From a virus, in the IMG/VR virus record IMGVR_UViG_3300023174_000121, positions 1 to 64,000 of that record: DNA of 64,000 nucleotides; one strand, written 5' to 3'. The stretch's first letter is position 1, and each line of letters starts with the position of its first letter. Of the stretch, positions 21,301 to 31,291 are shown piece after piece. The notes below the pieces were generated by a model. The model searched no databases. It saw only the letters and a list, made by a program, of their open reading frames with translations, and was not told the DNA's origin. Made by a program: the position numbers and the translations under genes.

Positions 21301-22822
21301 TGCTGCAGCTGGTAACGCACTTGTTTCTGGTGCTCAAATGGCTGGTGGTTATGTTCTAAATGCAGCAGGACTTACGGGTTATTCCGCTACTAATGTTGCT
21401 GCACCAATAGTATCTGGAGTATCAACAACGACAGCATCAACTGCTGCTACTAGTGCCGCTGGAACTACTGGAACTATTAGTGAAGTATTGGGACCTACTG
21501 CAGCTGCTTCTTCTTTAGCTTCTAGTGGAGCTGCCAGTTATGCTGGTGGTCTTAGTGCTGGTACTACAATTGGATTTGAAGGCAGTATAGGAGCCATTGG
21601 TGGTAGTGCTGCTGGTACTGGATTTTTAGCAGGTGCTAGTGAATTTATACCTATTATAGGCGCTTTAGTCGTAGGTTATAATATAGGTAAAACTATTGCA
21701 AGATGGTTAGGATTTGGAGGCAATGATGAGCCGCAATATCAACCAACTCCGATACTTGAAAGAATACTTTATACAAGTAAAAACAATAACATTACACAAA
21801 TATCAACCATTTATACTAAAGAGTTAAACTATCTGCCAAGCGGTCAACCCGCAGTATGGGCAGCAATTTGTGATCAATTACTAAGAATTGCATTTAATGC
21901 AGTAAAAGCAATGGAGGTGAAAAGAAGACAGATTGGTAAACCTGCAACAAATCCTGGATTTGATTATCTTGGAGCACACGTTTCATCTAATAGAGTATCT
22001 ATCTATTTTTATAAAGGAGAACCAACATCACCTTTACCAAATAATACCGAAGGAAATAATTCATATTTGACAGGCAATGATTTTGGAACTTTGGAAGAGT
22101 TTTCTAAAAAAGATGCTAATTCTATTGCTAGACAAATTATTGAATTGGTGGGATGGATTTATAGGGGCGAATTCGAATCGGGTCCAAGAGATGAAAATAT
22201 TCGAACTGAAGTTGCAAAAACTGTAGAAGCACTACAAAAACTTAATTATAAAACACTCGGTTCAGGATTACTCTCTGCAACAGCAGATCAACTTGATACT
22301 TCTATAACTAAATTCAATTACATAAAGCCTGTTTTCTATGATAAAACAGATGAACAATACATATATGATACACAAGTCGCGAGCAAATTGGCTGCTGGAC
22401 ATGATATAGCAAGAACTGTATATAATGCTCAAACCGGAACATATGTAGGCGGTGCACCAGCAAATGTGTTTGGATATGATTCTTTTGGAAGACCTATCTA
22501 TGATTTAAATAATGATAATATGATTAATGATGCAGACTTTAAAACAAGTCTTGCTGATATTCAAAAAATTATTCCTACAGCAACGGCGACAAATGTTGGA
22601 AATCTTGGAAGTTACGTTTCTTCTAATTCGGCTTATCCAGATTATATTTTGCGTGGATCAACCGCAACGTCTGGATCATCGGGTGCTTCAGGTGGAAGCA
22701 CCGTTGTAGCTGGAAACAATAGTAATAATACAACAAATAATACTACTGTCGTTCGACAAGTATCTAGTGTTGATGTTTTAAGAGGAATGACTACTCAAAC
22801 TGCACTTCCAGTAACTGGATAA
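18308..22822 (+). CDS. Tape measure / gp29-like protein with an internal lysozyme-like domain
   Basis: 1504 aa, Ala/Gly-rich, follows gp26/gp51; contains 22-aa repeats and an EG...NNPG...FPTLEQG segment. Confidence 0.75.
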   Translation: MASIGNYAAALAEAARNAARGSATGIGAAIRGSATSEMPGVTGAYSFAQSLRNSANSRAGSSGGGKGGGGGSASSSGPSDSSNFNTAVVRELQLMNANILEQTRLLRYQVDSNRSKSQFDEENAREQALRDSRLLDAINNIGASSGGGPAGGGGDNNGKGLLDNLGGIGGGGGGGRGGKGRRGSIKGRLVKGAGIAGLGLGALYAYNRVANGGESISEVAKDMAPGVLGSTIGGLVGMIGGPIGAAIGAAVGGAIGDSDFGHKMFEKVLPKFQELGDTIAGKFNVLQNWFSNFDVGAMASGAYKSVVSGAKAVGNAASDAASSAYKSVVSGAKAVGNAASDVASSAYKSVSSGVSSAASSVKNYVTGSATSGTSANKVITFGSLSREQQDAVLAEQRRQEGFKPGMLTYDLNNPGAMLYDKMTAKFGAVPDDTGRGVDKLKGKFAKFPTLEQGIEAQRYKWLNGQGGKYASLPLNQALQLWITGKVEGTGGSHLGSRYENYINKVYAAAGSTPPITPSTVLASAKETYENVKTGAGSILETAKANVDPAVQILGQKLEEVRKEIRKASNVAVGVATAIGKDTVNNFKSLARSSARTANAVAPPNKPIRPILKTPEQIIAETNKNFAMQFQKIAPKAISLALRQTLFPKGIGVTQQAAGGALFRGQQLNNIFGVGKSVSKLATSLFGKQYGGMLAPALNNLATGYLEAGARAGGRLLFGMIGGMGAEQSNILTGQILGNYARGNKKLAVEQLLYGTTGVASGYETVFAKYGFKNPMEGINYMANTLGAAVSDPVNSLMNPGAKPTEYIDPRTGKKVSLNSATSFSKDAYGRIDDISSTGATIQTVPGGDKAILSVDPTLNKLTEQQVDLQKQLIDQQQVDAVRRATDAAEAKAVSVQGDQGIIGKLQELITEISTGRVGSGSTAGGSLAVPGFFNPKNPLGQVGNMALDLGRVAATSAIYKGLGGKGTNPYTAALANFAISSALKYGGQLAYQYAAPYLAAAGNALVSGAQMAGGYVLNAAGLTGYSATNVAAPIVSGVSTTTASTAATSAAGTTGTISEVLGPTAAASSLASSGAASYAGGLSAGTTIGFEGSIGAIGGSAAGTGFLAGASEFIPIIGALVVGYNIGKTIARWLGFGGNDEPQYQPTPILERILYTSKNNNITQISTIYTKELNYLPSGQPAVWAAICDQLLRIAFNAVKAMEVKRRQIGKPATNPGFDYLGAHVSSNRVSIYFYKGEPTSPLPNNTEGNNSYLTGNDFGTLEEFSKKDANSIARQIIELVGWIYRGEFESGPRDENIRTEVAKTVEALQKLNYKTLGSGLLSATADQLDTSITKFNYIKPVFYDKTDEQYIYDTQVASKLAAGHDIARTVYNAQTGTYVGGAPANVFGYDSFGRPIYDLNNDNMINDADFKTSLADIQKIIPTATATNVGNLGSYVSSNSAYPDYILRGSTATSGSSGASGGSTVVAGNNSNNTTNNTTVVRQVSSVDVLRGMTTQTALPVTG
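19202..19358 (+). repeat. 66-bp (22-aa) tandem repeat in the tape measure gene
   Basis: ASGAYKSVVSGAKAVGNAASDA / ASSAYKSVVSGAKAVGNAASDV / ASSAYKSV, near-identical at the DNA level. Confidence 0.9.
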
Positions 22823-22849
22823 AAAAAAGGAGAGCATTCGCTCTCCTTT
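22821..22849 (-). terminator. Rho-independent terminator between the convergent tape measure and gp32 genes
   Basis: AAAGGAGAGC-ATTC-GCTCTCCTTT stem with a T8 tail on the minus strand. Confidence 0.85.
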
Positions 22850-22869
22850 CACATAATATAAGTTTGAAA

Positions 22870-23772
22870 TTAGTCTTCTGCTAATTTCTCAAAGTAACTT
22901 AAAGATTCGTCATCGTCATCTTCTGATGCATCAGCAACAGTCTTCTTTGCTTTACTTGCTACTGGAGCTGCTGGTGCGCTCTTTGCAACGATAGAAGAGA
23001 TTGAATCTCCATCGCTACCGCTATCAAGACCAAGAACTTTATTGAGTTTAGCTTTCAATTCGTCATACGATTTGAAATTCTTTGGATCAAGAAACTCTGA
23101 CAATGCGTGTTCTTGTTTCCAAATGTTCTCAAGGTCATCATCATCTTGCGACAAAGGACCTGGACGATCAAACTCAGACTTGTCGTAGTTTTGATAGCCT
23201 TCAACTTTACGAATCTTCAGTTTGAAGTTAGCGCCTTCCCAAAGATCGAATGGGTTCGTTGGTGCTTCATCTTCAAATTCAGGATTCATCAAATCGTTTA
23301 GCTTGTCGAAGATTTTCTTACCAAATTTATATAAAAATACTTTGCCTTCGTTCTCGGGATTAGAAGGATCTTTAATGACATAGATGTTGCTGATGTACTG
23401 CAACTTACGCTTCTGTTTACGCGCAACGTCTTTGTTTGAATCGATACCAGAGTTCCAAAGAACAGTATTGTGTTCTGAGACTGGATCTTTTTTGTTTATT
23501 GATGTGAGGGAATTTTCAATATACCATCCACCTGGACCCTGAAAGGAGTGTGTATAATATTGAATCCAGGGAACGTCTTCGCCTTCTGGTGCAGGAAGAA
23601 AGCGGATTGTTGCGAAACCGTTGCCAGCTTTATCTACTGTGGGTTTCCAGAATCGAAGGTCTTCGTATGATTTTTTACCTTCTTCTTTGTTTGAGAGTTT
23701 AGAAACTTCTTGTGTTAGTTTCTCTAAGTCCTTGTTGCGGGACTTCTTTAGATCTGCAAATGATGATGCCAT
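22870..23772 (-). CDS. gp32: Single-stranded DNA-binding protein gp32
   Basis: FWKPTVDKAGNGFATIRFLPAP, GKVFLYKFGKKIFDK, NYDKSEF, acidic tail LSYFEKLAED. Confidence 0.97.
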   Translation of the reverse strand: MASSFADLKKSRNKDLEKLTQEVSKLSNKEEGKKSYEDLRFWKPTVDKAGNGFATIRFLPAPEGEDVPWIQYYTHSFQGPGGWYIENSLTSINKKDPVSEHNTVLWNSGIDSNKDVARKQKRKLQYISNIYVIKDPSNPENEGKVFLYKFGKKIFDKLNDLMNPEFEDEAPTNPFDLWEGANFKLKIRKVEGYQNYDKSEFDRPGPLSQDDDDLENIWKQEHALSEFLDPKNFKSYDELKAKLNKVLGLDSGSDGDSISSIVAKSAPAAPVASKAKKTVADASEDDDDESLSYFEKLAED

Positions 23773-23858
23773 AGTATGTTACCTCGTATTGAAATGTATA
23801 AATGTGTATTTACTGCGTACTTAAAGTATATGTAGATTTCTCTACAACTTTATTTATA
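23773..23858 (-). promoter_or_regulatory. gp32 leader: late promoter, hairpin and AT-rich translational-operator-like tract
   Basis: TATAAATA (23851-23858), then TGTAGA-GAAA-TCTACA hairpin, then an unstructured A/T tract to the GAGG RBS; analogous to the T4 gene 32 autoregulatory leader. Confidence 0.6.
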
Positions 23859-23970
23859 AGGCTTTGTGCCTTATTCTTTGGCAATACTAATGCACAAAGT
23901 GTTTTGTTGCTTTTAGTCTTAGTATTGAGTTGTCGTTTTGTTGGAGTTGTTGATTGTAGAAGAACTGGAA

Positions 23971-24399
23971 TCATTGCTCTTCGATTTTCAATGGACCAGA
24001 AACATTGATTTCGCAATCAACAGACACCCATCCATCTTGCTCTAATCCCCATGTACCATCTTCTTCATATATTGAATTGAATGCTTCTCTATCTTCTTCT
24101 GGCATGTTGCTTGGAAATTCCCAATCTTCCCAAACACCATCTTGTGTTTCGAAATCATATACATCACCAAAGTCTTCGTATAGATCAGTTCCGACATCCG
24201 AATGATATGATGCTAACCATTGTTCGATAGTATAATCATCTGGTGCTGGTACTGTAAACGTTCCCCATCGCCAACCCATGTTTTGTTGAACCATGTAGTC
24301 GCCTTTTCTCCAATAACAAATGTCATTGATGCACTTTTTGTGTTCTGGAGTAATTACCCAAACTCTGTCATTTACTTCTGGTTCCATAAGTTTAATCAT
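23971..24399 (-). CDS. Hypothetical acidic protein
   Basis: Coupled ORF between gp33 and gp32. Confidence 0.7.
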   Translation of the reverse strand: MIKLMEPEVNDRVWVITPEHKKCINDICYWRKGDYMVQQNMGWRWGTFTVPAPDDYTIEQWLASYHSDVGTDLYEDFGDVYDFETQDGVWEDWEFPSNMPEEDREAFNSIYEEDGTWGLEQDGWVSVDCEINVSGPLKIEEQ

Positions 24400-24631
24400 C
24401 CTCTTCTAGTGGTAATCTTGCTTTTTGTGGAATCAATCTAGCTTTCATTGCTTCGCTTTCAATCGTCGCTTTCATCTTTGGCGTAATGAGTGCTGCCGCA
24501 GTTTCTACTTCGATTTTCTTCCGTTCGCAATATTCTAGAATTGTGTCTAACATTGTAATCGGTTGTAGCTGTTTTTGCAAGGATTTGATTTCTCCTTCAA
24601 ACTCTTTCTGAGTTAGAATTTTAAGATTCAT
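24392..24631 (-). CDS. gp33: Late transcription coactivator gp33
   Basis: MLDTILEYCERKKIEVETAAALITPKMKATIESEA...KARLP. Confidence 0.88.
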   Translation of the reverse strand: MNLKILTQKEFEGEIKSLQKQLQPITMLDTILEYCERKKIEVETAAALITPKMKATIESEAMKARLIPQKARLPLEEDD

Positions 24632-24655
24632 AGTTTTCCTATTGAAGAAAGGACA

Positions 24656-24684
24656 AGTATAACAGACTCTTACGCTGAAGTCAA
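24656..24684 (-). promoter_or_regulatory. sigma70 promoter upstream of gp33
   Basis: TTGACT-17-TATACT with an extended TG. Confidence 0.7.
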
Positions 24685-25656
24685 CATTGCGTTTACCACG
24701 CGAGTGTAATCTTGCCAGACACTCTCTTTGCTATACGTTTTATATAATGGCTCTAGAGGAGTAGTTCCATTTGCAATAATCTGCTTGATACTACTATTCT
24801 CAATCAATACGCTTGGTTCCAGATCCCAATAGTTCCGCATCTGATGGCTTCTTGTTACCGCGATTGGTCGCTTCGCTGCCAATGCATAGTCTGGGCTGCT
24901 TGCTAATCCGCATCCATCTAAGTAATCATAGAAATAACAATTAATTGTGTTTTGTGCTAATAGATCGATAATTTGTTGCGTATCTAAAAGGTCGTGCGTA
25001 ATAATAACATCAATTCCTGGTTTTGTGATGATTTGCTTCACTTCGTTTGCGCGAGCATATGCATTGCTGCCTTTGTAACCGTGAATCAAATCTTCATAGA
25101 ATCCTAAAGGAATATGCAATCTTAGTGTTGCTTCATCAAACTCTTCTTGCACCTTATGTGCGAGTCTAGCGATACCTTTGTGTGGAGGTCCGAAGCCTTG
25201 AAATCCAATGATTGGTTTTTCTGGTTCAACATAAGATACTGTTGGTGCTCCGGGCAATAAACGATTCGTTGTAAATACATGCTTCGTTTCTTTCACGCTA
25301 GGATCATCTGCGATGATAAATTGCCAACCATGATTTGCTTCTGGTCTAAACGAATCAGCGATTGGCTGACTCATATCATGCATGATTCTCGCATGTTTGA
25401 TATGTGGAAATGGCGCTCGCATTTGAGGATGATCCATCCACGGAGTAGTACCTGGAGCATAATTGTAAATGACAACTTGCGGATCAAACGACAAAATTCT
25501 TTCTTGCGTTTCATGCATACTATCTGTGTAGATCATATCGAAATGCAATCCTGGATGTTGCAATAGCACTTTACCCGTAACGTCACCCATCAAGCCAATT
25601 CCACAAGCAGCTTTTGCTCCAAGTGTTTGTGTAACAAATAGAACTTTAGTTTTCAT
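24670..25656 (-). CDS. Glycosyltransferase-like protein (GT-B)
   Basis: CGIG N-terminus, IGFQGFGPPHKG, SSPDYALAAKRPIAV; paralog of 26618-27562. Confidence 0.65.
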   Translation of the reverse strand: MKTKVLFVTQTLGAKAACGIGLMGDVTGKVLLQHPGLHFDMIYTDSMHETQERILSFDPQVVIYNYAPGTTPWMDHPQMRAPFPHIKHARIMHDMSQPIADSFRPEANHGWQFIIADDPSVKETKHVFTTNRLLPGAPTVSYVEPEKPIIGFQGFGPPHKGIARLAHKVQEEFDEATLRLHIPLGFYEDLIHGYKGSNAYARANEVKQIITKPGIDVIITHDLLDTQQIIDLLAQNTINCYFYDYLDGCGLASSPDYALAAKRPIAVTRSHQMRNYWDLEPSVLIENSSIKQIIANGTTPLEPLYKTYSKESVWQDYTRVVNAMLTSA

Positions 25657-26621
25657 TTTTGTTTTCCCACTTGCTCATAAATCCAGCCGTATGTAGTCTC
25701 TAGACCTTCGCGAAGATTTTGTTCTGGAGACCAATTCAATTTTTCTGCGATCAATTCATTGTTGCTATTGCGACCACGAACGCCAGTCGGACCATCAATG
25801 TGTTTCTTACGAATTGTCTTGCCAGCAATTTTCGCAACAAGATCGACCGTATCATTAATGCTAATCATTTGATCTGCGCCAATGTTTACTGGACCATGAA
25901 ATGTTTCACTCTGCATCAAACGGCGAACAGCTTCAACGCATTCTCCAATGTATAGAAAACTTCTTGTTTGTTCTCCGTCACCCCAAATTTCAATTTCATC
26001 ACCGTCTTTTGCTTTTGCAATCTTTCTACAAACAGCAGCAGGAAACTTTTCTTTACCGCCATCCCATGTGCCGTACGGACCAAAGATATTGTGAAACCGT
26101 GCTACTTTGTTTTGCATTCCATGTTGACGATTATATGCATGGAATAGTCTCTCTGAGAATAGTTTCTCCCAACCATACTCTGAGTCTGGATGTGCTGGAT
26201 AAGCACTTGCTTCTCTGCAGTCTGGATTCTCATTCGTAGACTGCAACTCTTCGTTATAGACGCAAGCACTACTACTAAAAAATACTTTTTTGATTCCCAT
26301 CTCTTTGCATCGATGGAGTACGTTTAGATTAATGCTTGCGCTATTATGCATAACGTCTGCGTCATAAAGATTCGTATTGATGTATCCAGCACCACCCATG
26401 TCTGCAGCCAGCTGATACACTTCATCGAAATGTCTATTGATGACACGCCGAACTTCGCTTTGTTCTGTTAGATCCGCAAGAAAAAATTCATCTGCATTTA
26501 GATTTTTATATTCGTGTGTTTTCTTATCTGCAGCACGGACATAATAACCTTCACTCTTCAGTCGGCTAACCATATGCCCGCCGATGAATCCTCCACCACC
26601 TAATACTAATGCATTTTTCAT
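25653..26621 (-). CDS. NAD-dependent epimerase, GDP-mannose 3,5-epimerase-like
   Basis: GGGGFIG, YQLAADMGGAGYI, SSACVY, YGWEK, GGKEKFPAAVCRK, GVRGRNS. Confidence 0.9.
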   Translation of the reverse strand: MKNALVLGGGGFIGGHMVSRLKSEGYYVRAADKKTHEYKNLNADEFFLADLTEQSEVRRVINRHFDEVYQLAADMGGAGYINTNLYDADVMHNSASINLNVLHRCKEMGIKKVFFSSSACVYNEELQSTNENPDCREASAYPAHPDSEYGWEKLFSERLFHAYNRQHGMQNKVARFHNIFGPYGTWDGGKEKFPAAVCRKIAKAKDGDEIEIWGDGEQTRSFLYIGECVEAVRRLMQSETFHGPVNIGADQMISINDTVDLVAKIAGKTIRKKHIDGPTGVRGRNSNNELIAEKLNWSPEQNLREGLETTYGWIYEQVGKQK

Positions 26622-27562
26622 TTTTCGATTATATCCTCATAAAGATTTAAAAGATTAGTTGGATTCCATGCGTCATAGAATTCCTGAAGTGGCTCAACAC
26701 CAGCAGTAATTATATCTTTAATTGATACTTTTGTCAAATCATTAAAATCTCTTCTCACATGTGAAAGGAAACTAGAATGATTCACACCAAAAGGCTTTCT
26801 TGATGCTAATGCACGATCAACAGATCCAGAGACACCAGGAACATCTGGCGTCTGATACCAATAAAGATTGATATCATTTTGATTTAGCCATGAGATTAGA
26901 TTTCTTTTTGAGAGAAAATCTCTAGTGAAATTAATTTTCACATTGCTATTTGCAAGTTCCAAACATTGATCCACTAATGCGCCAGAGAGTTTTCCGCTTG
27001 GATCAACAAACACTCCATCAGAAACATGCAGATTTAGAATTACATCTTCTGTGAATTGTTCATTGATTAATCGAATCAATGTTGGCAAGTCTTTAGTTCG
27101 ATTACCAATTCCACTAGTTCCAATTCGAATCGTTCCTTCGGGCTTGCTATATTGAATGTCATCATAGTATGTAATTGGAGGAATTCCAGCAAACTCGCCC
27201 GATGCAAGAAAATCATTATGACCAGCATTTGGATCTGTATGTATGTAATGATCAACACCAGTGAATGTGTTTAGATGCTCATGCCCAAAGATTACAATCT
27301 GCTTTACAAGACCAGAATTTTTAATTGGACGAGTGATTCCACTATTCAACCAATTCATTGTGTGTGGATGATGATTGTAGATGATTGCTACTGTATTATT
27401 TTCTTCGTTTTCTATGTGATTGAACAAATCATCTTTGTTGTTTGTCGCAAGAAAAGTAAATTCGTATTTCTTTGAAGTCTTTAAAATTTCGAAGACAGAA
27501 TCAGCATATTGATAGATGCCACACTCTTTAGATTCACCAGTAACTAATAATACATTTTTCAT
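26618..27562 (-). CDS. Glycosyltransferase-like protein (GT-B)
   Basis: CGIYQY, IGTSGIGNRTK, SGSVDRALASRKPFGV; paralog of 24670-25656. Confidence 0.65.
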   Translation of the reverse strand: MKNVLLVTGESKECGIYQYADSVFEILKTSKKYEFTFLATNNKDDLFNHIENEENNTVAIIYNHHPHTMNWLNSGITRPIKNSGLVKQIVIFGHEHLNTFTGVDHYIHTDPNAGHNDFLASGEFAGIPPITYYDDIQYSKPEGTIRIGTSGIGNRTKDLPTLIRLINEQFTEDVILNLHVSDGVFVDPSGKLSGALVDQCLELANSNVKINFTRDFLSKRNLISWLNQNDINLYWYQTPDVPGVSGSVDRALASRKPFGVNHSSFLSHVRRDFNDLTKVSIKDIITAGVEPLQEFYDAWNPTNLLNLYEDIIEK

Positions 27563-28476
27563 TCAAATAACTCCACAGTGGGCTTTTTATAATTTGCATA
27601 TGATGGGTATTGTATCAAATTTTCACAGATTTCAATTGCTTTCGTATCATCAACAGTATCACTAAAAAATGAATTCGCTAAGTATTCTCCTTCACCCATC
27701 AAACAATCTCTCATCTTATGCGAAAAGCACATGAACGTCTTTTGATAGTTATTCATGTTTTCTTTGATATGTGCATAAGTGAATGGACCACTATTCTTAC
27801 CAATAATCAACTTAACGAACATGCTTAGAAATGCAATTTGATTTAGATTTCCAGTAGGAGCAGAAAACAAATAATCAGTACATGTTACGTTTGGCAAATC
27901 AACATCAACTTTATGTGTAATGAGAAACTCTTTTTCTGGAAACTTTGTAGCAAGTCCAATAATAATATTTCGCATATCACCCATGCTACTTTGTTCGCTT
28001 TGTTGAACGCCGTTACAAACTAAAATGATTTCTTTAGGATCAACTCTAAACAAATAGTTATTTGCTTCTGTAAGATCAAACTTTCTAAAATCTATAGAAG
28101 GATGATAGTATGAATAATCACCCTTCATTTCTAAATTCAATGCTTGATAGAATTCTTTCCACATGTCATGCAAACAATAAAAGTTTGCATGATCCTTTTC
28201 TTTTAGATGTTTACCAATCCAGCAACCAACCCAAGTGTTGATGTAAAGAATGTTCTCTACTTGTGCGAGTGGAGTAAACGTACCAATCGGATGAATTGAA
28301 CTTAAAGAAACATGCTCACAATTCAAATCCGAAACAATGTTCGGATGATTATCATGAGCATATCTAAAAGTTACTCCGTTGGGATATCTGCTAATGATAT
28401 CCCTAACGTATTCCTTATTAATGAAACAGTCACCATTTCTCCAACGATTGAAGAATGTTATGTTGGTGATGTTCAT
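27559..28476 (-). CDS. Glycosyltransferase-like protein (GT9-like)
   Basis: N-terminal NGD and C-terminal LIIGKNSGPF motifs resemble GT9. Confidence 0.55.
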   Translation of the reverse strand: MNITNITFFNRWRNGDCFINKEYVRDIISRYPNGVTFRYAHDNHPNIVSDLNCEHVSLSSIHPIGTFTPLAQVENILYINTWVGCWIGKHLKEKDHANFYCLHDMWKEFYQALNLEMKGDYSYYHPSIDFRKFDLTEANNYLFRVDPKEIILVCNGVQQSEQSSMGDMRNIIIGLATKFPEKEFLITHKVDVDLPNVTCTDYLFSAPTGNLNQIAFLSMFVKLIIGKNSGPFTYAHIKENMNNYQKTFMCFSHKMRDCLMGEGEYLANSFFSDTVDDTKAIEICENLIQYPSYANYKKPTVELFE

Positions 28477-29702
28477 TTAGAGATGATTTCGAAGATTGGA
28501 CAAGGAACAATAAACGCTCCACCTCCATCTAAAAATGCTTTCTCTCTTACTTGAAATTCGCTAATGAAGTGCCAAGGCAACACCAATGCATAGTCTGGTT
28601 TTGCTTTTCGCATTTCTTCTTCGCTAATGATGGGAATGTTTGATCCGATTGTTTTGTAACCAAACTTATATGGACTACGTTCTGCAATTGCTTTAACATG
28701 TGTATTGTCAATGCCAAAGTATTGAAGAAGTGTATTACCTTTGGTGCTTGCGCCATAGCCATATACGCTCTTACCGCTATGCTTTGCTTTCTCAATGAAT
28801 TCAAGAACATCAATTTTCAAATCATCAAGTCGGTGCTTGAATGAATTCCAAATGACTGGACTTGAAATGTCTACCACATTGTTCTCATAGTTTAGAATTG
28901 TTTCGACACGATAGTCGCAAACATCACGCAAAGGTGAGCTGCCGAAACTACTGACTGGCGCACTTTCTTTTTGGAAATAAATTCTAAAACTTCCGCCGTT
29001 GGTGTCATTCAAACTACAGTCAACAACTTTAAAGCCATGCTGAGAGAACAACTTGTTAATACTCTTCAGATCATAGTAATAAACATGCTCATGGCAAATG
29101 TTATCAAATGCTAGTTGATTAATCATCAAAGGAGTATAACTCATTTGAAGAACTGCAACACCATCATCATCAAGAACATCATACATGTCTTGAACAAATG
29201 GATGCGGATCATCTAGGTCATAAAACATTGCAATGCAAGTAATGACTTTTGCTTTCTTGCCAGAAAATCCAGCTTCAATCCATGCATCTTTGCTAAAGTA
29301 ATCTTGCACAACTGTTGCGACTTTGCTGCTCTCTGCATAGAATGAATCGTCGCAAGGATCGATACCAACTTTTTTTAGATTATCTGGAACAGCTTTCAAT
29401 AGAGTTCCGTCATTACATGCAATGTCAAGCCAAACGTCATTGTCTTTCAACTTAACGCGGGATGTGATTTCTTTTACGATACCTTGCAATTCAAGCGTCA
29501 TGCTTGTATTGATTGCACTACGATACCAATACCTACCCCACATAGTAGATGGTGGTGCAATGTCTGCTGGATTCAAGCGTGGTGCGCCCAACTCTTCGTC
29601 AAGATACAAATCTAGACTATACTTTTGGCGACCTTCCATTTCGCTATCATCTTTGATGAAATCACTTACATAATGATTTCCAAGTTCAAGTAATTTTTTC
29701 AT
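28473..29702 (-). CDS. SAM-dependent NDP-sugar C-methyltransferase
   Basis: YWYRS, LDIACNDGTLL, FDNICHEHVYYY, GYGASTKGNTLL, PDYALVLPWHF (C-methyltransferase family); GGAG RBS before ATG 29702. Confidence 0.88.
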   Translation of the reverse strand: MKKLLELGNHYVSDFIKDDSEMEGRQKYSLDLYLDEELGAPRLNPADIAPPSTMWGRYWYRSAINTSMTLELQGIVKEITSRVKLKDNDVWLDIACNDGTLLKAVPDNLKKVGIDPCDDSFYAESSKVATVVQDYFSKDAWIEAGFSGKKAKVITCIAMFYDLDDPHPFVQDMYDVLDDDGVAVLQMSYTPLMINQLAFDNICHEHVYYYDLKSINKLFSQHGFKVVDCSLNDTNGGSFRIYFQKESAPVSSFGSSPLRDVCDYRVETILNYENNVVDISSPVIWNSFKHRLDDLKIDVLEFIEKAKHSGKSVYGYGASTKGNTLLQYFGIDNTHVKAIAERSPYKFGYKTIGSNIPIISEEEMRKAKPDYALVLPWHFISEFQVREKAFLDGGGAFIVPCPIFEIISK

Positions 29703-30180
29703 TAGTTTCTCCATGGTAAGACTTTTCTTCAATCAATTCAGAATTGCAAAGTAGATTAATTTCTTTCTTAATTCTTGCACGTTCATCATTAGTTTTTGGA
29801 ATCAATCTAGCGACATTGATAAAGTGTTCGCCATAAGATTGTGCAGCAATCAGATCACGAATATCATCTTCAAGATTCCAGATTTTGTAATTGACAACAA
29901 ACAGTTCATTGAAAAGTTTATTAACAGTATCTTTCGTTTGCTTGTATATATCTAGGGAAATTAAAAGACGATGTTCTTTATCAATATTGATTAGCTTCGC
30001 TTCATCTTTGATTTCAATCATTTTGATTTGAAGAATCGTAATTCGATCAAACAAATCACCAATGCTTCCAGGAATATACACAGCTCCAGCAGGTGGAGAT
30101 TTGATTAGAGTTTTTTCCAATGAACCAAATTCTCTTTTGTAAACTGTTTTACCTTTATCTGGACTTTCGTAGATTTGCAT
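29686..30180 (-). CDS. DUF6165-like protein with an N-terminal small phage domain
   Basis: [15 protein letters not shown]...[13 protein letters not shown]...[12 protein letters not shown]...IEEKSY. Confidence 0.7.
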   Translation of the reverse strand: MQIYESPDKGKTVYKREFGSLEKTLIKSPPAGAVYIPGSIGDLFDRITILQIKMIEIKDEAKLINIDKEHRLLISLDIYKQTKDTVNKLFNELFVVNYKIWNLEDDIRDLIAAQSYGEHFINVARLIPKTNDERARIKKEINLLCNSELIEEKSYHGETNEKIT

Positions 30181-31198
30181 TTTTTTGTTTCTCCATTTCA
30201 CTTTCACACATTTCGAATACCAAGTCTTTGAACGTGTACTCTGGCTTCCAGTCTAACACTTTCTTAGCTTTACTGCAATCACCGAAAATTGTTGGCACTT
30301 CTGCGGGACGATAGAAGTCTTTATTAACTTCAATAATTTTCGCACCAGTAGAAACATTGATACCGATTTCGCTAAGACCTTCGCCACGCCATTCAATTTT
30401 GAATCCGAGATACTCTGCAACATCTTCGCAAAAATCGCGAACCGAATGCTCTTCATCGCTGGAGATAACATAGTCATCTGGTTTATCTTGTTGTAGCATC
30501 GCCCACATTGCACGGACATAATCTTTAGCGTGACCCCAATCACGGCGAGCATTTAGATTACCTAATTGAAGAATTGATTGCAAGCCTAGATGGGTACGAA
30601 TCATTCCCTGAACGATCTTTCGAGTAACGAACTCTGGTCCACGTCGCGGACTTTCATGATTGAATAGAATGCCATTACATGCGAAGAGATTAAAACTTTC
30701 GCGATAGTTTACAACAATCCAGTAGCCGTAGAGTTTAGCAACAGCATATGGCGAGCGTGGATAGAATGGTGTGGCTTCAGTTTGTGGAGTCTCTTTTACT
30801 TTGCCATACAATTCACTTGTTGATGCTTGATAAAATTTTACTTGTTTCTCTTTTGAGAGAGTCTTAACTGCTTCAAGCAATTTTAAAACACCGATTGCGT
30901 TTGCGTCACCAGTGTATGTTGGGCAATCATAGCTTACGCTAACGTGGCTTTGTGCGCCGAGATTATAAACCTCATCTGGCTTCACTTTAAAAACAATAGA
31001 CTCTAGATTTGCAGAATCAGTCAAATCGCCATAATGAAGTTTAAGTCTATGTTGAATGAATTCAATGTTGCCGGCATTGATTCCTGTACTTGAACGTCTA
31101 ACAATTCCATGAACTTCGTATCCTTTATCAAGTAGAAGTTCTGCGAGATAGCTTCCGTCTTGACCAGTAATACCAGTAATCAATGCAACTTTACTCAT
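30155..31198 (-). CDS. gmd: GDP-mannose 4,6-dehydratase
   Basis: [54 protein letters not shown]. Confidence 0.97.
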   Translation of the reverse strand: MSKVALITGITGQDGSYLAELLLDKGYEVHGIVRRSSTGINAGNIEFIQHRLKLHYGDLTDSANLESIVFKVKPDEVYNLGAQSHVSVSYDCPTYTGDANAIGVLKLLEAVKTLSKEKQVKFYQASTSELYGKVKETPQTEATPFYPRSPYAVAKLYGYWIVVNYRESFNLFACNGILFNHESPRRGPEFVTRKIVQGMIRTHLGLQSILQLGNLNARRDWGHAKDYVRAMWAMLQQDKPDDYVISSDEEHSVRDFCEDVAEYLGFKIEWRGEGLSEIGINVSTGAKIIEVNKDFYRPAEVPTIFGDCSKAKKVLDWKPEYTFKDLVFEMCESEMEKQKNANLRKSR

Positions 31199-31291
31199 AA
31201 TTTTTCACCTCTAAAGAAAAACATTATTCTAACATACAACTATATATCTAGCAAATTTTCTCAAACAATAAATAATAAAAACGGAGAAAAT

